From NCBI RefSeq assembly GCF_009914755.1, contig NC_060926.1: a DNA stretch of 64,000 nucleotides; one strand, 5' to 3'. A program made the translations under genes and the position numbers. Shown here in pieces: positions 41,399 through 54,250 of the stretch. The notes under the pieces are model-generated. The model was not told the DNA's origin, searched no databases, and saw only the letters and a program-made list of their open reading frames with translations. The stretch comes from the human T2T-CHM13v2.0 reference genome, Homo sapiens. Each line of letters opens with the position of its first letter. Position 1 is the first letter of the stretch.

Positions 41399-42705
41399 AA
41401 AGTGACAGCACATCCGCTTGCTTTTTTGGTAACCCAGGCTAAGTCAGCATGTGTTGGTATGTAAACTTTATGTTTCAGTCAAATCTCAAAATGACATAAG
41501 GCAATGTTTTACAATATAAGATTTAGCATTTATTAACTATACATTATCTCACCAGATAATGTATAAGGTCCTGTCTAACTATGAGGTAACATAGTTATAA
41601 AATTAATCCAGAGTTTCTATTCAAGGACATAACTTATTGGTCGTTCATACTCACTTAGCGAGGCTCACAGAGCACATGGAACATGGAGCACAGCCGTCCT
41701 TGTTCCTGCTAACTGTTTCTTCAACCCGGGGCAGAGCGTTAACAATCACCAGTAGCGGTGGAATAGAACTCGGCTTTGGCCTGAGACTCTCACCCCAGAG
41801 ACCATCACAGCTAGTTATCTGCAGACTCGTGTTTCAATGTTTGTTTTGCTGCAGATGACCAAGGACAAAGGCCTTTGGCTCTAACCCTTAAAACCTACTT
41901 TAACACAGTTCCTCTTGGAACAAAGATTTTTATCTTTCTATCTTCCTTGTTTAAAAGGAGAAAAATCTGAACAGAAAATAAATGAGAAAGAAGAAGAAGA
42001 TAGTCAAGTAGACCCCTCCTTGGGTTTTTTTGTTTGTTTGTTTTTCTTTTTCTCTTTGGAGAAATTTGACACAGGTGTGATGATATAGATTAATGTGTAT
42101 GTGTTTCTGTAAGACATGCCTACTGTGCATTCCATACAAGGTGAAACTAAGTGTAATCTTTCATTTTAGTTACAATAAATTTTCCATGTTAGAATCGTGC
42201 ATACTTATCTATAACCTAAATCATATGAGAAAAAAATCTTAAGCAAACAAAAACAAAGTTATAGCAATGTCATATCATATATCAATTTAGCAATTGTTAA
42301 AAAGTTCTTTTAAAAACTTTACTAGGTAATTTGCCTATAAAATAGTGGTCTTCAGATTAAAATGTCAGAATTAACCATGAGTATCTTTCTACATAGTGTT
42401 ATCTACTCAGTGTTTGAGAGGTTCTGTCTTGGATTCCCCTAACAGTTGCATGTTTAAGACTATGGTGCACAAAAGTAAGATGATATCATCAATGCAGTCA
42501 GTATTTTGAAATCCAATTAAATGTTACATACAACAGAGATGAAGCCCCAGCTTCAGGCGGCAGTATGGAAAAGCTTTGCTTTATTTCATGGGAGTATTTA
42601 TAGTGCCTTGATATTTATGAAAACCTTTTATGATCAATGGCACATATTTGCAAGGCAGCTGGCTAGTGTTCAGGATTTGTGACCAGAGAATAGTTTTTTT
42701 TTTTT

Positions 42706-42773
42706 CCCGCATGTGAGAATCGGACCTGTAACCTTGGCTGTATTAGCATGCTTTTCTAACAAAAGTAACTGGC
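42706..42773 (-). pseudogene. Degenerate tRNA-Ile(AAT)-derived sequence (tRNA retrocopy or MamSINE1-like head)
   Basis: Minus strand GCCAGTTAC..GTTAGAAAAGCATGCTAATACAGCCAAGGTTACAGGTCCGATTCTC aligns with tRNA-Ile GGCCGGTTAG..GGTTAGAGCGTGGTGCTAATAACGCCAAGGTCGCGGGTTCGATCCCC; followed by A12. Confidence 0.6.
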
Positions 42774-43459
42774 TCAGCTACAGCCCAATAGGAAATTCCT
42801 GAAAGGATGTCTGATCCTTTACTATTACAAAATGAAAATGTGTTCTTCGGAGGTCTCCCTCCACTCCTAAAGAGACATCTTGGTTGATTTTTACATCTCT
42901 GTTCCAAATGCCAAAAGTATGTCTTCCAAATAGACATATTTAGTATTTATTTGGCAGTATGCTGTGGAAGTTACACTGTAAGTTTTTCCAAGTATGGAAA
43001 AAGTACATAATCCTATATTTTAGACCACCGCCTTGAAAAGAGCTGGAACTCTCCAGTGCAGTTGCAGCAAAAATTACCTTAATTCTCACTAAGAAAAACA
43101 GGTATCTTCTTTTGAATTTCCCTTGGAAGCTTGTTCCATAGTGCCTGATTTCATCCATGACATTAATCCCTACACAATGTTTCTGGCCACACATATATAC
43201 TCTTAAATGTCTTTTTAAAAACATTTGAATCAAAACAGCTGCATTCTTAAAGCATTGCCGTTTTTTGCCCTTGCTATTTTGAGATGTTGAACATGAAAGA
43301 ACTTTTAAAAGTGTACAAGTGCTGTATGAACATGTGGGAATAGTATCATCACACAACTATCTGTCCTTTTTGCTGAAAGTTCTGAAATCTCCACCTAAGA
43401 AGGTTGGAAAATGGATATAATGTGTAGGCTAAATGTGTTGTATCCAAAGTTGTGTAAGG

Positions 43460-43640
43460 CAGTGGTTTTCTAAACTTTTAATAGAAGCAAGTAAATTAGG
43501 ATCTCTTTGGATTCTTATTAAAATGTTGATTTCTGGGCTCCACACCTTAGATCATCTTCATTAGAACCTCTCAGACCCGAATATGTGTATTTTACGTGAC
43601 CCTATGGTTTCCTGTGCAAACCAAAGCCAGAGACTCACTG
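43460..43640. mobile_element. MER5-family hAT MITE
   Basis: CAGTGGTTTTCTAAACTTT start, GATTTCTGGGCTCCACACC, GAGACTCACTG end. Confidence 0.7.
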
Positions 43641-44094
43641 CTGCAGGGGAGTCAAGCTTTTGGTTCTTCCTTCCTAGTCACTCAAGGACTAGAAAAGCAG
43701 CTCTAGTATTAGTCAAATCCCAGGATATTTTGCAGGGCAGGATGGTGGAGTTCTCTGTAATATTATAAGCTCGTGGGGGTAAATATTTGATTTTTTTTTC
43801 CTTTGATGGAAGTAGCAAGAGGGTTCAGGCTGCTGCCAGGATCCTCTGCAGAGAGCTTGGCCATCTCTCCCACTCTTGTGACTCCAACCATATGGGGACA
43901 ATAGAAAGAGACCCTGGGGTTTTCAGTGAAAGCCCCAGCTAATAATGCTGTACGTGTCTCTTTGCCCTGCACTATTCTCAGTGCCAACATTTCTCAGGAT
44001 CAGAGGAGATATGATGGAAGTGAATAGCAGAATTGTGACCAAATGTCATCAAAATCTAAGCTCATATATTGGAAAGGATCATTAGTGTTTATGG

Positions 44095-44265
44095 CAGTGG
44101 TTCTCAAACTCACCCCAAGGGCTGGTTAAAACATGAACTGCTGGGCTGGGCTTCACCCTCAAAGGTTCTGATTCAGTAGGTCTGGAATAGGTCCAAGAAT
44201 TTGTATTTCTAATAAACTGCTAAGGGACACTACTAATGCACAAAGTAGACAATTGGAGCCACCAA
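44095..44265. mobile_element. MER5A hAT MITE
   Basis: CAGTGGTTCTCAAACT..TTCTGATTCAGTAGGTCTGG..CCAAGAATTTGTATTTCTAA. Confidence 0.85.
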
Positions 44266-46834
44266 TTCAGAGTAACCCTCCAACCCCAGTGCAGCTGAAA
44301 CTGGTATTCCAGGCAAAATTCTACAAATAGAATATTCACCACTGACCAGGTGAAGCTCGCCACAAAACAAGCACAGCTGTTTTGTATAAGTTTTTTGTTG
44401 TTGTTGTTTTATTCTGTTTTGTTTTTGGAATTTTAATGTCAGTCACTGGAAGTTACTACCTGGTTGGTTGCCATAGAGTCTCTGATTCAGTACCTAGCTC
44501 TGGGCCGTTTTGCCATATTTGGTCAGAAGCGACCCTGCCAGATTCATCTCAGGGGACTCCAGTGGATTTTCTGCAGCCAATCTGAATTACTCCAACCATG
44601 TGCTCTTAATTTATTCGTATTGTAAATCATGGTCTTCAGATTAGGAGAGTTAAAGTGAAACCAAAACAAAAAAGTATGCACATACATGCATGCACACACA
44701 GACTTCTATAAAACATCTAGGGTCCTTCTGTCACTTTCTTTGCTGATCAGGGCCCTCAGAGATCATGAGCTAAATCCTAGATTGTAATTGTGCATTTCAG
44801 AAACTTAGAGTGTGACAAATACTGAACAAATAAAGAGGGATGAGGACCTTATTGTATTGAGTATGAGTCATAAACCTGGGTGAAAATACAAGTAGAACTT
44901 AATGGAATTAATTTGTATGCAAAGATTTAGTAGGAAATAAAAAGATCTATTTCTGCAATACTTTGATTCCAAGAACCAGGTTTGCTCAGAAACAGAGGGA
45001 GTATCCCAGTGTCAGGTGAAAAGCCTCCTGAGTTTGTCATATGAACCGAAAACTATTGTTAGGGCTTTGAAAGAAAAATCTCAGAAATGAAACTCATTGA
45101 AGAGTGAAATCAGCTTAAAATCCAGTTTTTAGTTATGTAGTAAGTGTAGGAATTCTGGGAAAAGTAAGAAAAGAGAGCAAAGACAGTAAAGCAGATTTAA
45201 ACCTTCACATGGTAGAAAAGAAACCGACCTCAGAAGCAGGACAAGTTTAATAAACTCAGCTGGACAAAAAAAAGTAGGGACATACTGGAGAAAACCGTAA
45301 GGGGTCATCAGACAGCATAATCTCTTCTCCCGTGGAACTCTTTAGGACAACCCCTAGGTGATTTTCCTCTGGCCCAGAGATGGCTGAGGGGTGTTGAGAT
45401 CCTCTCTTCCCCAGGCATAGTGCCAAGGCTCCAGAACGTTTCCTCCTGTTCTTCTTAATGACCAACAATCTCTAATCATGCCCTTTTTGCATGTTAGACT
45501 AAGCTGTGGAATGGGAGTATGTACAGTTATGTTTGGGTTTGTTCATTTTAGTGACCACACTTTGACAAAAGTCCTCACCTATTCACTGTGGACACACACG
45601 CACATGTGTGCACATGCACACGGTTCAGACAAGCACGCTGACATCCACATTGCAGTTCAGAGACTGAGGGCAATTTCTAAACTAATATTAGTTCCTTTGC
45701 TTTGTCTTATATTCTAATATGATGTTTTATTTAGAGGGCTTGCAAAGATAAACGGTTGATGAAGAACAAGATTTGGGTGTTGGAATATCTATTGTCATTG
45801 CATTTTAAAATTCCTTAATTCATTTTGCTTAGATTTCTTAGGAAACCCTAGAGATTTGATTTCCTGAGACTTTATCATTGGAAGAATTAAAATAAAAATT
45901 GTCATTTGGTCAACTCAGAAGGTTTTATTCGTATATTTATTCTCTATCACTCACCTGATTCCATCACTTATTTGCTAAAGCCTGGTGCTATTTTTCTTTC
46001 CATTAAGAAAAATGCCAGACCTTTTCCTTCCATCTACCAGAACTCAAAGATAAATCTCTTCCTACACCTCAGTGCATACAAATACAGAATGCCCTAGAAG
46101 GAACATACCTCAAAATAATAAGAGCCATCTGTGACAAATTGCAGCCAACATCATACTGAACAAGCAAAAGCTGTAAGCATTCCCCTTCAGAACTGGAACA
46201 AGAAAAGGATACCCACTCTCACCACTCCTAGTCAATGTAGTACTGGAAGTTCTAGCCAGAGCAATCAGGCAAGAGAAAGAAATAAAATGCATCCAAGTAG
46301 AAAAAGAAATCGAGCTATCTCTATTCGCTGAAAATACGATTCCATATCTAGAAAACACGATTCCATATCTAGAAAACACTAAATATCTCACCAAAAGACT
46401 CTCAGAACTAATAAATGACTCTAGTACAGTTTCAGGATTTAAAAAAATCAGTGTAAAAAATCAGTAGCATTTATATACACCACTAACATTCAAACCGAGA
46501 ACCAAATCAAGAATGCAATCCCATTCACAATAGCCACAAAAGAATAAAATACCTAGAAATACATCAAACAAAGAGTGAAATATCTTTACAAGGAGAACTA
46601 CAAAACACTGCAGAAAGAAATTAGAGATGACACAAACAAACTGAAAAATATTCCAGGCACATGGGTTGAAAAAATTAATATTGTTAAAATGGCCATGGTG
46701 CCCAAAGCAATTTATAGAACCAATGTTATTCTTATCAAAATACTAACATCATTTTTCACAAAATTAGTACAAAACTATTCTAAAATTCATAGAGAACCAA
46801 AAAAGAGCCCAAATAGCCAAAACACAAAACAGTC

Positions 46835-47369
<535 letters not shown>

Positions 47370-47501
47370 TGATGCTGGGATAGCTGGTGAGCCACATGCA
47401 GAAGAATGAAACTGGACTTCTACCGTTCACCATACACAAAAATTAACCCAAATTAGATTAAAGATTTAAATGTAAGTCCTCAAACTGTAAAAATTCTAAG
47501 G

Positions 47502-47618
47502 GGCCAGGTGTGGTGGCTCACGCCTGTAATCCCAGCACTTTGAGAGGCCGAGGCCAGGCTCCACTATAGCCTTGGTGACAGAGCAAGACTGTGTCTTGGA
47601 AAAATATATATATATATA
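47502..47618 (+). mobile_element. Internally deleted Alu with (AT)n tail
   Basis: GGCCAGGTGTGGTGGCTCACGCCTGTAATCCCAGCACTTTGAGAGGCCGAGGC joined to CACTATAGCCTTGGTGACAGAGCAAGACT; ATTCTA on both flanks. Confidence 0.85.
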
Positions 47619-48809
47619 TTCTAGAAGGAAACATAGGAATCTTTTTTGACATTGACCCTTTTTGACATTGACCCTGGCAAAGAATTTAAGGCTAATCCTC
47701 AAAAGCAAAGCAAAAAAAAAAAACAAAAAACAAAATATGACTTGACAAGTGGAACCTAATTGAAGCGTTTCTGTACAGCAACAGAAACTATCAACAGAGT
47801 AAACAGACAACCTACAGAATGGGAAAAAGTATTCTCAAACTATGCATCTCACAAAAGCCTAATATCCAGAATCTATAAGAGACTTAAACACATCAATGAA
47901 CAAAAAACAAACAACTCAATTAAAAGGCAGGTGAAGGATATGAATAGACACTTCTCAAAATAAGATATACAAGCAGCCCACAAGAATATGAAAAAATTCT
48001 CATCATCACTAATCATAAAAAAAAATGTAAATCAAAACCACCATCTCACACTAGTCAGAATGGTTTTTGTTAAAAAGTCAGAAAATAGCAGATGGTGGGA
48101 GTGGGGAGAAAAGGGAACACTTAGATACTGTGGGTGGGAATGTAAATTAGTTCAGCCACTGTGGAAAGCAGTTTGGAGATTTCTCAAAGAACTTAAAACA
48201 GAACTATCATTCATCCCAGCAATCCTATTACAAGGTATGTACCCAATGGAAAATAAATTATTCTACCAAAAAGACACATGCACTCTCATGTTCATTGCAG
48301 CACTATTTACAATAGCAAAGATGTGGAATCTACACAGGTGCCTATCAGTGGTAGATTGGATAATAAAATGTGATACATGTATATCATGGAATACTACACA
48401 GACATAAAAAAGAATGAAATCATGTCCTTTATAGCAACATGAATGCAGCTGTAGGCCATTATCATAAGTGATTTAATGCAGAAACAGAAAGCCAAATACC
48501 ACCATGTTGTCACATATAAGTGGAAGCTAAACCTTGGGTACACATGGACATAAAGATGGGAACAATAGGCACTTGGGAATACAAGAAGGGAGAGGGAGGA
48601 TGGAGATCAAGTGTTAAAAAGCTACCTATTGGGCACTATGCTCACTTCCTGAGTGACGGGTTCAATTGTACTTCAAACCTTGGCATCATTCAATATACTC
48701 AGGTAAAATATGTGCACATGTACCCCCAGAATCTAAAATGAAAGTTGAAAATAAATCACAGAAATGCTGGATTAAACCATCAAAGAACCTACTGCTTTAA
48801 GAGAAAAAA

Positions 48810-48942
48810 AATAACATTCAAACAAGCATAATATTATTCAAATGTAAACGAGTGAAGAATAATGTATCTTTATAAAGACTATTTAGCCCTGTGATTATCT
48901 GAAATTCAGATTTAACTGGGCATCCTATAATCTGCCCACCCA
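48810..48942. mobile_element. MER53-like hAT MITE fragment
   Basis: TTATCTGAAATTCAGATTTAACTGGGCATCCT. Confidence 0.7.
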
Positions 48943-48966
48943 ATATTTGGTCCCCACAATCTACAT

Positions 48967-49147
48967 CAGTGACTCTCAACCCTGACAGCACATATAAATT
49001 CACCTGAAGCATTTTTAAATAAAACTCATGTCCAGGCTCCACCCCAGACAAATTAAAACAGAATCTGTGGTGATGAAGTGCAGGAAAGGATATTTTATTC
49101 AAAGTTCCCAGGTAATTCTATTGTTTGACCAGGGTTGAGTACTACTG
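48967..49147. mobile_element. MER5 (A/B) hAT MITE, complete
   Basis: TIRs CAGTGACTCTCAACCCTG / CAGGGTTGAGTACTACTG; degenerate 8-bp TSD ATCTACAT / GTCTACAC. Confidence 0.85.
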
Positions 49148-49394
49148 GTCTACACAAGTCATATGTGACCATTCTGCTTCCTGTCATCCCTCCCACTGTT
49201 AATTTCATTCACCATTTTCTCTTCTTTGTCTCTAAGTACCTTTGTTCTATTTCTCTCCGGTTGTCTATAGTTTTACAAGTCTTTCTACCTTCCTAAATTC
49301 TTGGTTACTTTTTGACTTATTGAACACCCAGAGCCCAAACAGTTGATTTAGATAAAGACCATAATCCTCATTCTTAAAGAAGTAAGAAAGTTTG

Positions 49395-49452
49395 CATGTG
49401 GTGCTTGCGTGTGTGTGCATGTGTGTGGTGTGTGTGTGTGTGCATGTGTGTG
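49395..49452. repeat. Imperfect (TG)n repeat
   Basis: Directly visible. Confidence 0.85.
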
Positions 49453-51619
49453 TTATGGGTAGGATGAGTAAAACTTGTAATAACAACCAAGTTCATATGC
49501 TGTTTGATAGAGGTTCATTGCAGCATCTTTGGGCAAAACCACAGCATACTTTGAGTTGTACTAACAGCATAGACAGTTTAATGCCCACATTCATGTTAGA
49601 AAGCAACAACTCTACTCATTAAAATTGGGTTTAGAGTTCCATTTGAAACTATAATAATTTATGCTAACTGCAGTTGCAGTCTTCTTAGTTTATCAATTAT
49701 CCTATCTAGTAATAAGAGATCATCTGTTTGAATTTTCTATATATTTCACAGGAAAGTTTGGGCTTGTCCATATTTTCACCTGACAGTTATCAATGCATAA
49801 GGATATAAGATTATCCTTCACAATAAGATTGTAGATAGGAGACCAATTTAAATGAATGTGTTAATTATTTTTTTCTAATTATGGCCATTAGCTGCTGATG
49901 ATCTTTAAAAGCCATAATATAGTCTTCACTATAAGATTTCTCTACTTAGCCAACCACCCTTGCACTTGTCCAAGAAAACTCCAGAACTGAAAATCAATGG
50001 TACATAAATTGGAACCCCGCCTCTCTGCATAAAAAAGAAAATCTTTCCTTAGCTATTAATATTTTTGGTACTCCAAGCACAGGAAAGGCCCTGGAATTAA
50101 AATAAGGTTTCCAAAAATGAAGAAATCATTTAACAGATTGAGCTGTGTTATGTGAAAATACTTTTGTGTATCACAGAAACTTGTTTTGGTTCCTGAGCTT
50201 ATTTATGTAACATTCAGTTTATTTAAGTGAATTATAAAATGTGGTAACACCTGGACCTTTTTATGTTGCTAGATTGCATTCTAAATTTATTTAATAAATC
50301 TTTATTGAATACATACATCTTCAAATATTTGATTTTTCATTTCAGATAAAATCTTCTACCTGTAGTTTAGACAGTTTAGAAATTAATATTCTATTTAATT
50401 TTTTAAATCTTCTTAATATGATAGTGGTTTATGATATACATAAACTAGAAAAAAATGAACATACAATATTTCTTATTCAGACATGAGAAAAAGGATGGGG
50501 TATTTTCAGACATAAAAACTTCATTTCTCTAAATTATGACACCTGTACTTTAAGTGCCTCTGTAAAGAGGACTGTCTTCTGGGGGAGATAGTTCATAGGA
50601 GGGAAACAGGATCTATCAGAAAAGCTGTTTACAATAAAACATTTTGACAGCTCGAGTAATTAAACGGGTTTCCCAGGTGCAAAGCAGTATCTTAAATGCC
50701 CCTCTGGCTATAATAGAACACAGATTTATCCTTCAGAAAAAGAAAAAAAAAGTCTACTGTGAAAACAAGTTAATAAAAGGAAAGGACACCTAGCTAAAAT
50801 ACTTTTCTAAAAATATTAGTAATTTAGTTAAGACATATAAAAAGAATAAAACAGTTTTTGCTTACATTAACACTGAAAAACATAGTTCTTTTAATGTTTT
50901 GGGAGAAAAAAAGAGATGTCAATTTAAGTCATGGATTTCTTTCTAAGCATATATATACTTGCCTCCATAAAGCCATGAATTAGTAGAAGTGACACAAAAA
51001 TATGCAGACCAGCCCATTCTCTAGAATCTGATTATATATGTTTTTAAAAATAATTTGTCAAACCATTTGCTTCTCCTATGTACATGAATTTAATATCCTG
51101 ACCATGGCATCTACACTAAAGATAAGAATTTCAAAAGGAAGAAGAGGTAAAATTCAATGATATACAGACAACTGAATTGATTGGTTAGAATTCTATTCTT
51201 TTAGTCAAATGCCATTGTATAGCTTATCTAGTAAAGGATTTATTGTTAGTTGTGCAATAGGAATTTAATAATTGCTTAATGAATGAACAAACAGAGAAAA
51301 AAGATGTTAGGGATTCATGAGGAATTATGGTTTTCTTTGTATTCTCATGTTTCACTCTTCCATTAAGGAGGATTTGTAAAAATAATCCCTTTATTTAGGC
51401 ATGCCATGTTTGAGAAACATGCTTTTGTATTTTTAAAATATATTGGGCATTAAAAGAGTTATGCCTTAAATATTTATTAAATGCCTATAATGTATGCATT
51501 TCATTAGCATGTGTGGTAATCCCTTCAACAATTGTGTTTTCTGCATGCATGTGTGTGCATGCACAGAGAGAGGAAAAAAATTAGAAGAGTTTGGCTTGTT
51601 CTATTTTATTTCACTATTA

Positions 51620-51868
51620 ACCATGGCTAACACTTATTGAGTACATTGAGCACATAGGAAGCGAGGTACTCTCATATATATTTTTAAAACATTGGCTCAT
51701 TTAATCTTCCAAATGACATTATAAGAGAGAATGTATTTTTTATCTCCTCTTTACGAGAAAACTGAGAACCATACAGATAAAGTGAATTGCCCAAGATTAC
51801 ATAATACTGGAGCTGGGATTTGTGACCAAACATCCTAACTCCAGAGACAAGGGTTTTGACCACCACAA
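51620..51868 (-). mobile_element. MIR (MIRb-like)
   Basis: GCTAACACTTATTGAG, CTCATTTAATCTTC, GAGAAAACTGAG, TTGCCCAAGATTACA, GAGCTGGGATTTG. Confidence 0.85.
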
Positions 51869-51924
51869 GACAGTGCCGCATGACTTACTTAATGACAGTG
51901 CCGCATGACTTACTTAATGACAGT
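51869..51924. repeat. Perfect 25-bp tandem duplication (2.2 copies)
   Basis: GACAGTGCCGCATGACTTACTTAAT x2 plus GACAGT. Confidence 0.97.
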
Positions 51925-52127
51925 AATGGCACAGAAAATGTAGATTAGCTTACACCATAATTGTGGTAGTTTACAGAAAAAGAGTTAGGGAGTCATAAAA
52001 AAGGAAAGAAAAGTTTGAGAGCTCAATAAAACTCCAAAAGCCTGGTGCCTGATGCTTGCAAAGCCCCATAATAACTGCTAAAGAAAACGCCCTACTGAGG
52101 ATTTTGAAATAGCAGAAGGTTGACCTC

Positions 52128-53550
52128 ATTATTTTTTTTTACTTTTATTTTACATTAAGTGGCTACATGTGCAGGTTTGGTACCTGGGTAACATTGCATG
52201 ATGCTGAGGTTTAGGGTATGAGTAATCCCTTCACCCAGCTACTGTGAATAGTACACATCAGTTAGTTTTTAGCCCTGCCCTCTCTCCTCCCTCTCAGCTC
52301 CAGAGTCCCATGTCTATTATTGCCATCTTTATGTACAGGTGCACCCAAGATTTATCTCCCATTTGAAAGTGAGAACATGGTGATATCTGGTTTTCTCTTT
52401 CTGTTAATTTGCTTAGGATAATGGCTTCCAGCTGCATTGATGTTGCTGCAAAGGACATGATTTTATTAATTTTTATGTCTGTGTATTATTCCATGATATA
52501 TATTTACCACATTTTCTTTATTCAATCCACCATTGATGGGCACCTGTGTCGATTCCATGTCTTTGCTATTGTGAATAGTCCTGCAATGACATGCAAGTGC
52601 ATGTGTCTTTTTGGTAGAACAATTTGTTTTCTTTTGGATATATACCCCGTAAAGGGATTGCTGCGTCAAACGGTAGTTCTAAGCTCCTTGAAAAATCGCC
52701 AAATTTCTTTCCACAGTGACTGAACTAATTTGCATGCCCACCAACAGTATATAAGCATTCTTTTTTCTCCACACCCTCACCAACATCTGTTGTCTTTGAC
52801 TTTTTAATAATAGCTATTCTGTCTTGTGTCAGATGATATCTCATTGTAGTTTTGATTTGCATTTTTCTTACGATTAGTGATGTGGAGCAGTTTTTCATGT
52901 GTTTGTTGGCTGCTTCTATGTCTTCTTTTTTTTTTTTTTTGAGAAGTGTCTGTTCATGTCCTTAGCCCACCTTCTAATGGAGTTATTTGTTTTTTGCTTA
53001 TTGATTTGTTTCAGTTTCTTTTAGATTCTGGATATTAGACCTTTGTTGGATGCATAGTTTAAGAATATTTTCTTCCGTTCTACAGGTTGTCTGTTTACTC
53101 TGTTGATAGTTTTCATTGCTGTATAGAATCTCTTTCATCTAATTGGGTCCCACTTGTCAACTTTTGTTTTCATTGCAGTTGATTTTGAGGACTTAGCCTT
53201 ACATTCCTTGCCAAGGCCCATATGAAAAAGGGTGTTTCCTAGGTTTTCTAGGAATTTTATAGTTTGAGGATTTACATTTAAATCTTTAATCCATCTTGAG
53301 TTAATTTTTGTATATGGTAAAAGGTAGGAGTCCAGTGTCATTCTTCTGCATATGGATCGCCAGCTATTCCAGCACCATTTATGAGATAGACAGTCCTTCT
53401 CACATTGCTTGTTTTTGTTGACTTTTTAGAAGATCATATGGCTGTAGGTGTGCAGCTTTATTTCTAGGTTCTTTATTCTGTTCCATCGGTCTATGTGCCT
53501 CTTTTTGAACCAGTAACATGCCATTTTGGTTACTGTAAACTTAAAGTGTA
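52128..53550 (-). mobile_element. 5'-truncated L1PA15/16-like LINE
   Basis: TACATGTGCAGGTTTG.TACCTGGGTA..TGATGCTGAGGTTT 3'UTR; ORF 53135-53341(-) is ORF2p-like (LDSYLLPYTKINSRWIKDLNV). Confidence 0.92.
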
Positions 53551-53818
53551 AATAAGTGTGTGTCAGTGGATGGTGGCGTTTCTGTGTTGCTGTCAGAACA
53601 AACTGTATGTAATTGGAAATCGCATGGGTTGTTCAGATAGCGTAAATCTGAACTAAATGAGAGATGAGAAGGGAGAAAGAACACAAAGGCACTGCAATGG
53701 TCTGGCAAGACTTCTGGACTATATTCTAGCCAAACAAGAAATGAGAGGATAGATGCCAAGGATGTGAGATAGAAGAGCCCAATAAGTACAGCTATTATTA
53801 TCACTGACTATAGTTGCT

Positions 53819-53872
53819 GTGTTTGCCTTATTTTTAATAGCAAAAAATGCAATTAGTTTTGCAGCAACCTAA
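53819..53872. mobile_element. Partial MADE1 (Hsmar1-derived mariner MITE), right half
   Basis: TTTTAATAGCAAAAAATGCAATTAGTTTTGCAGCAACCTAA vs MADE1 TTTTAATGGCAAAAACCGCAATTACTTTTGCACCAACCTAA. Confidence 0.8.
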
Positions 53873-54014
53873 ATAGTTACTGTGCTTGATTCTAAATGCT
53901 TGGGGGAAATGGAAAGGATTGTAAAGGCAGTAGCAACTAATGGTAGTAACAAGGTCAGCATAAAATTTCCAACAAAAAGAAAGCAGAAATAGATTTGTAC
54001 ATTTTTAAACCTTC

Positions 54015-54250
54015 AATCAGCAAATATTTGCTGAACATCTACTATGTGTTTTTCACTGTTCTAAGTGCATTACATAAATTAACCATTTAAATCCTCTCAA
54101 GAGCCTTATGAGATGAGCATTATCATTATTTTCATTTTACATATGGGGAAACTGAGGCACGGAATTCACATGGCTACAAACTGACAAGAGCAGTATTTGA
54201 TCTCAGGGAGCCACTCCAGGCTTTCAAGTTTAACAATTTCCCATTGCTGC
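54015..54250 (-). mobile_element. MIR
   Basis: CTACTATGTG..CACTGTTCTAAGTGC..CATTTTACATATGGGGAAACTGAGGCAC. Confidence 0.85.

Noticed and set aside
42706-42773. Functional tRNA gene
   Set aside because: The D-arm/A-box is shortened, the T-loop is mutated and the stems are broken; kept only as a pseudogene or SINE relic.
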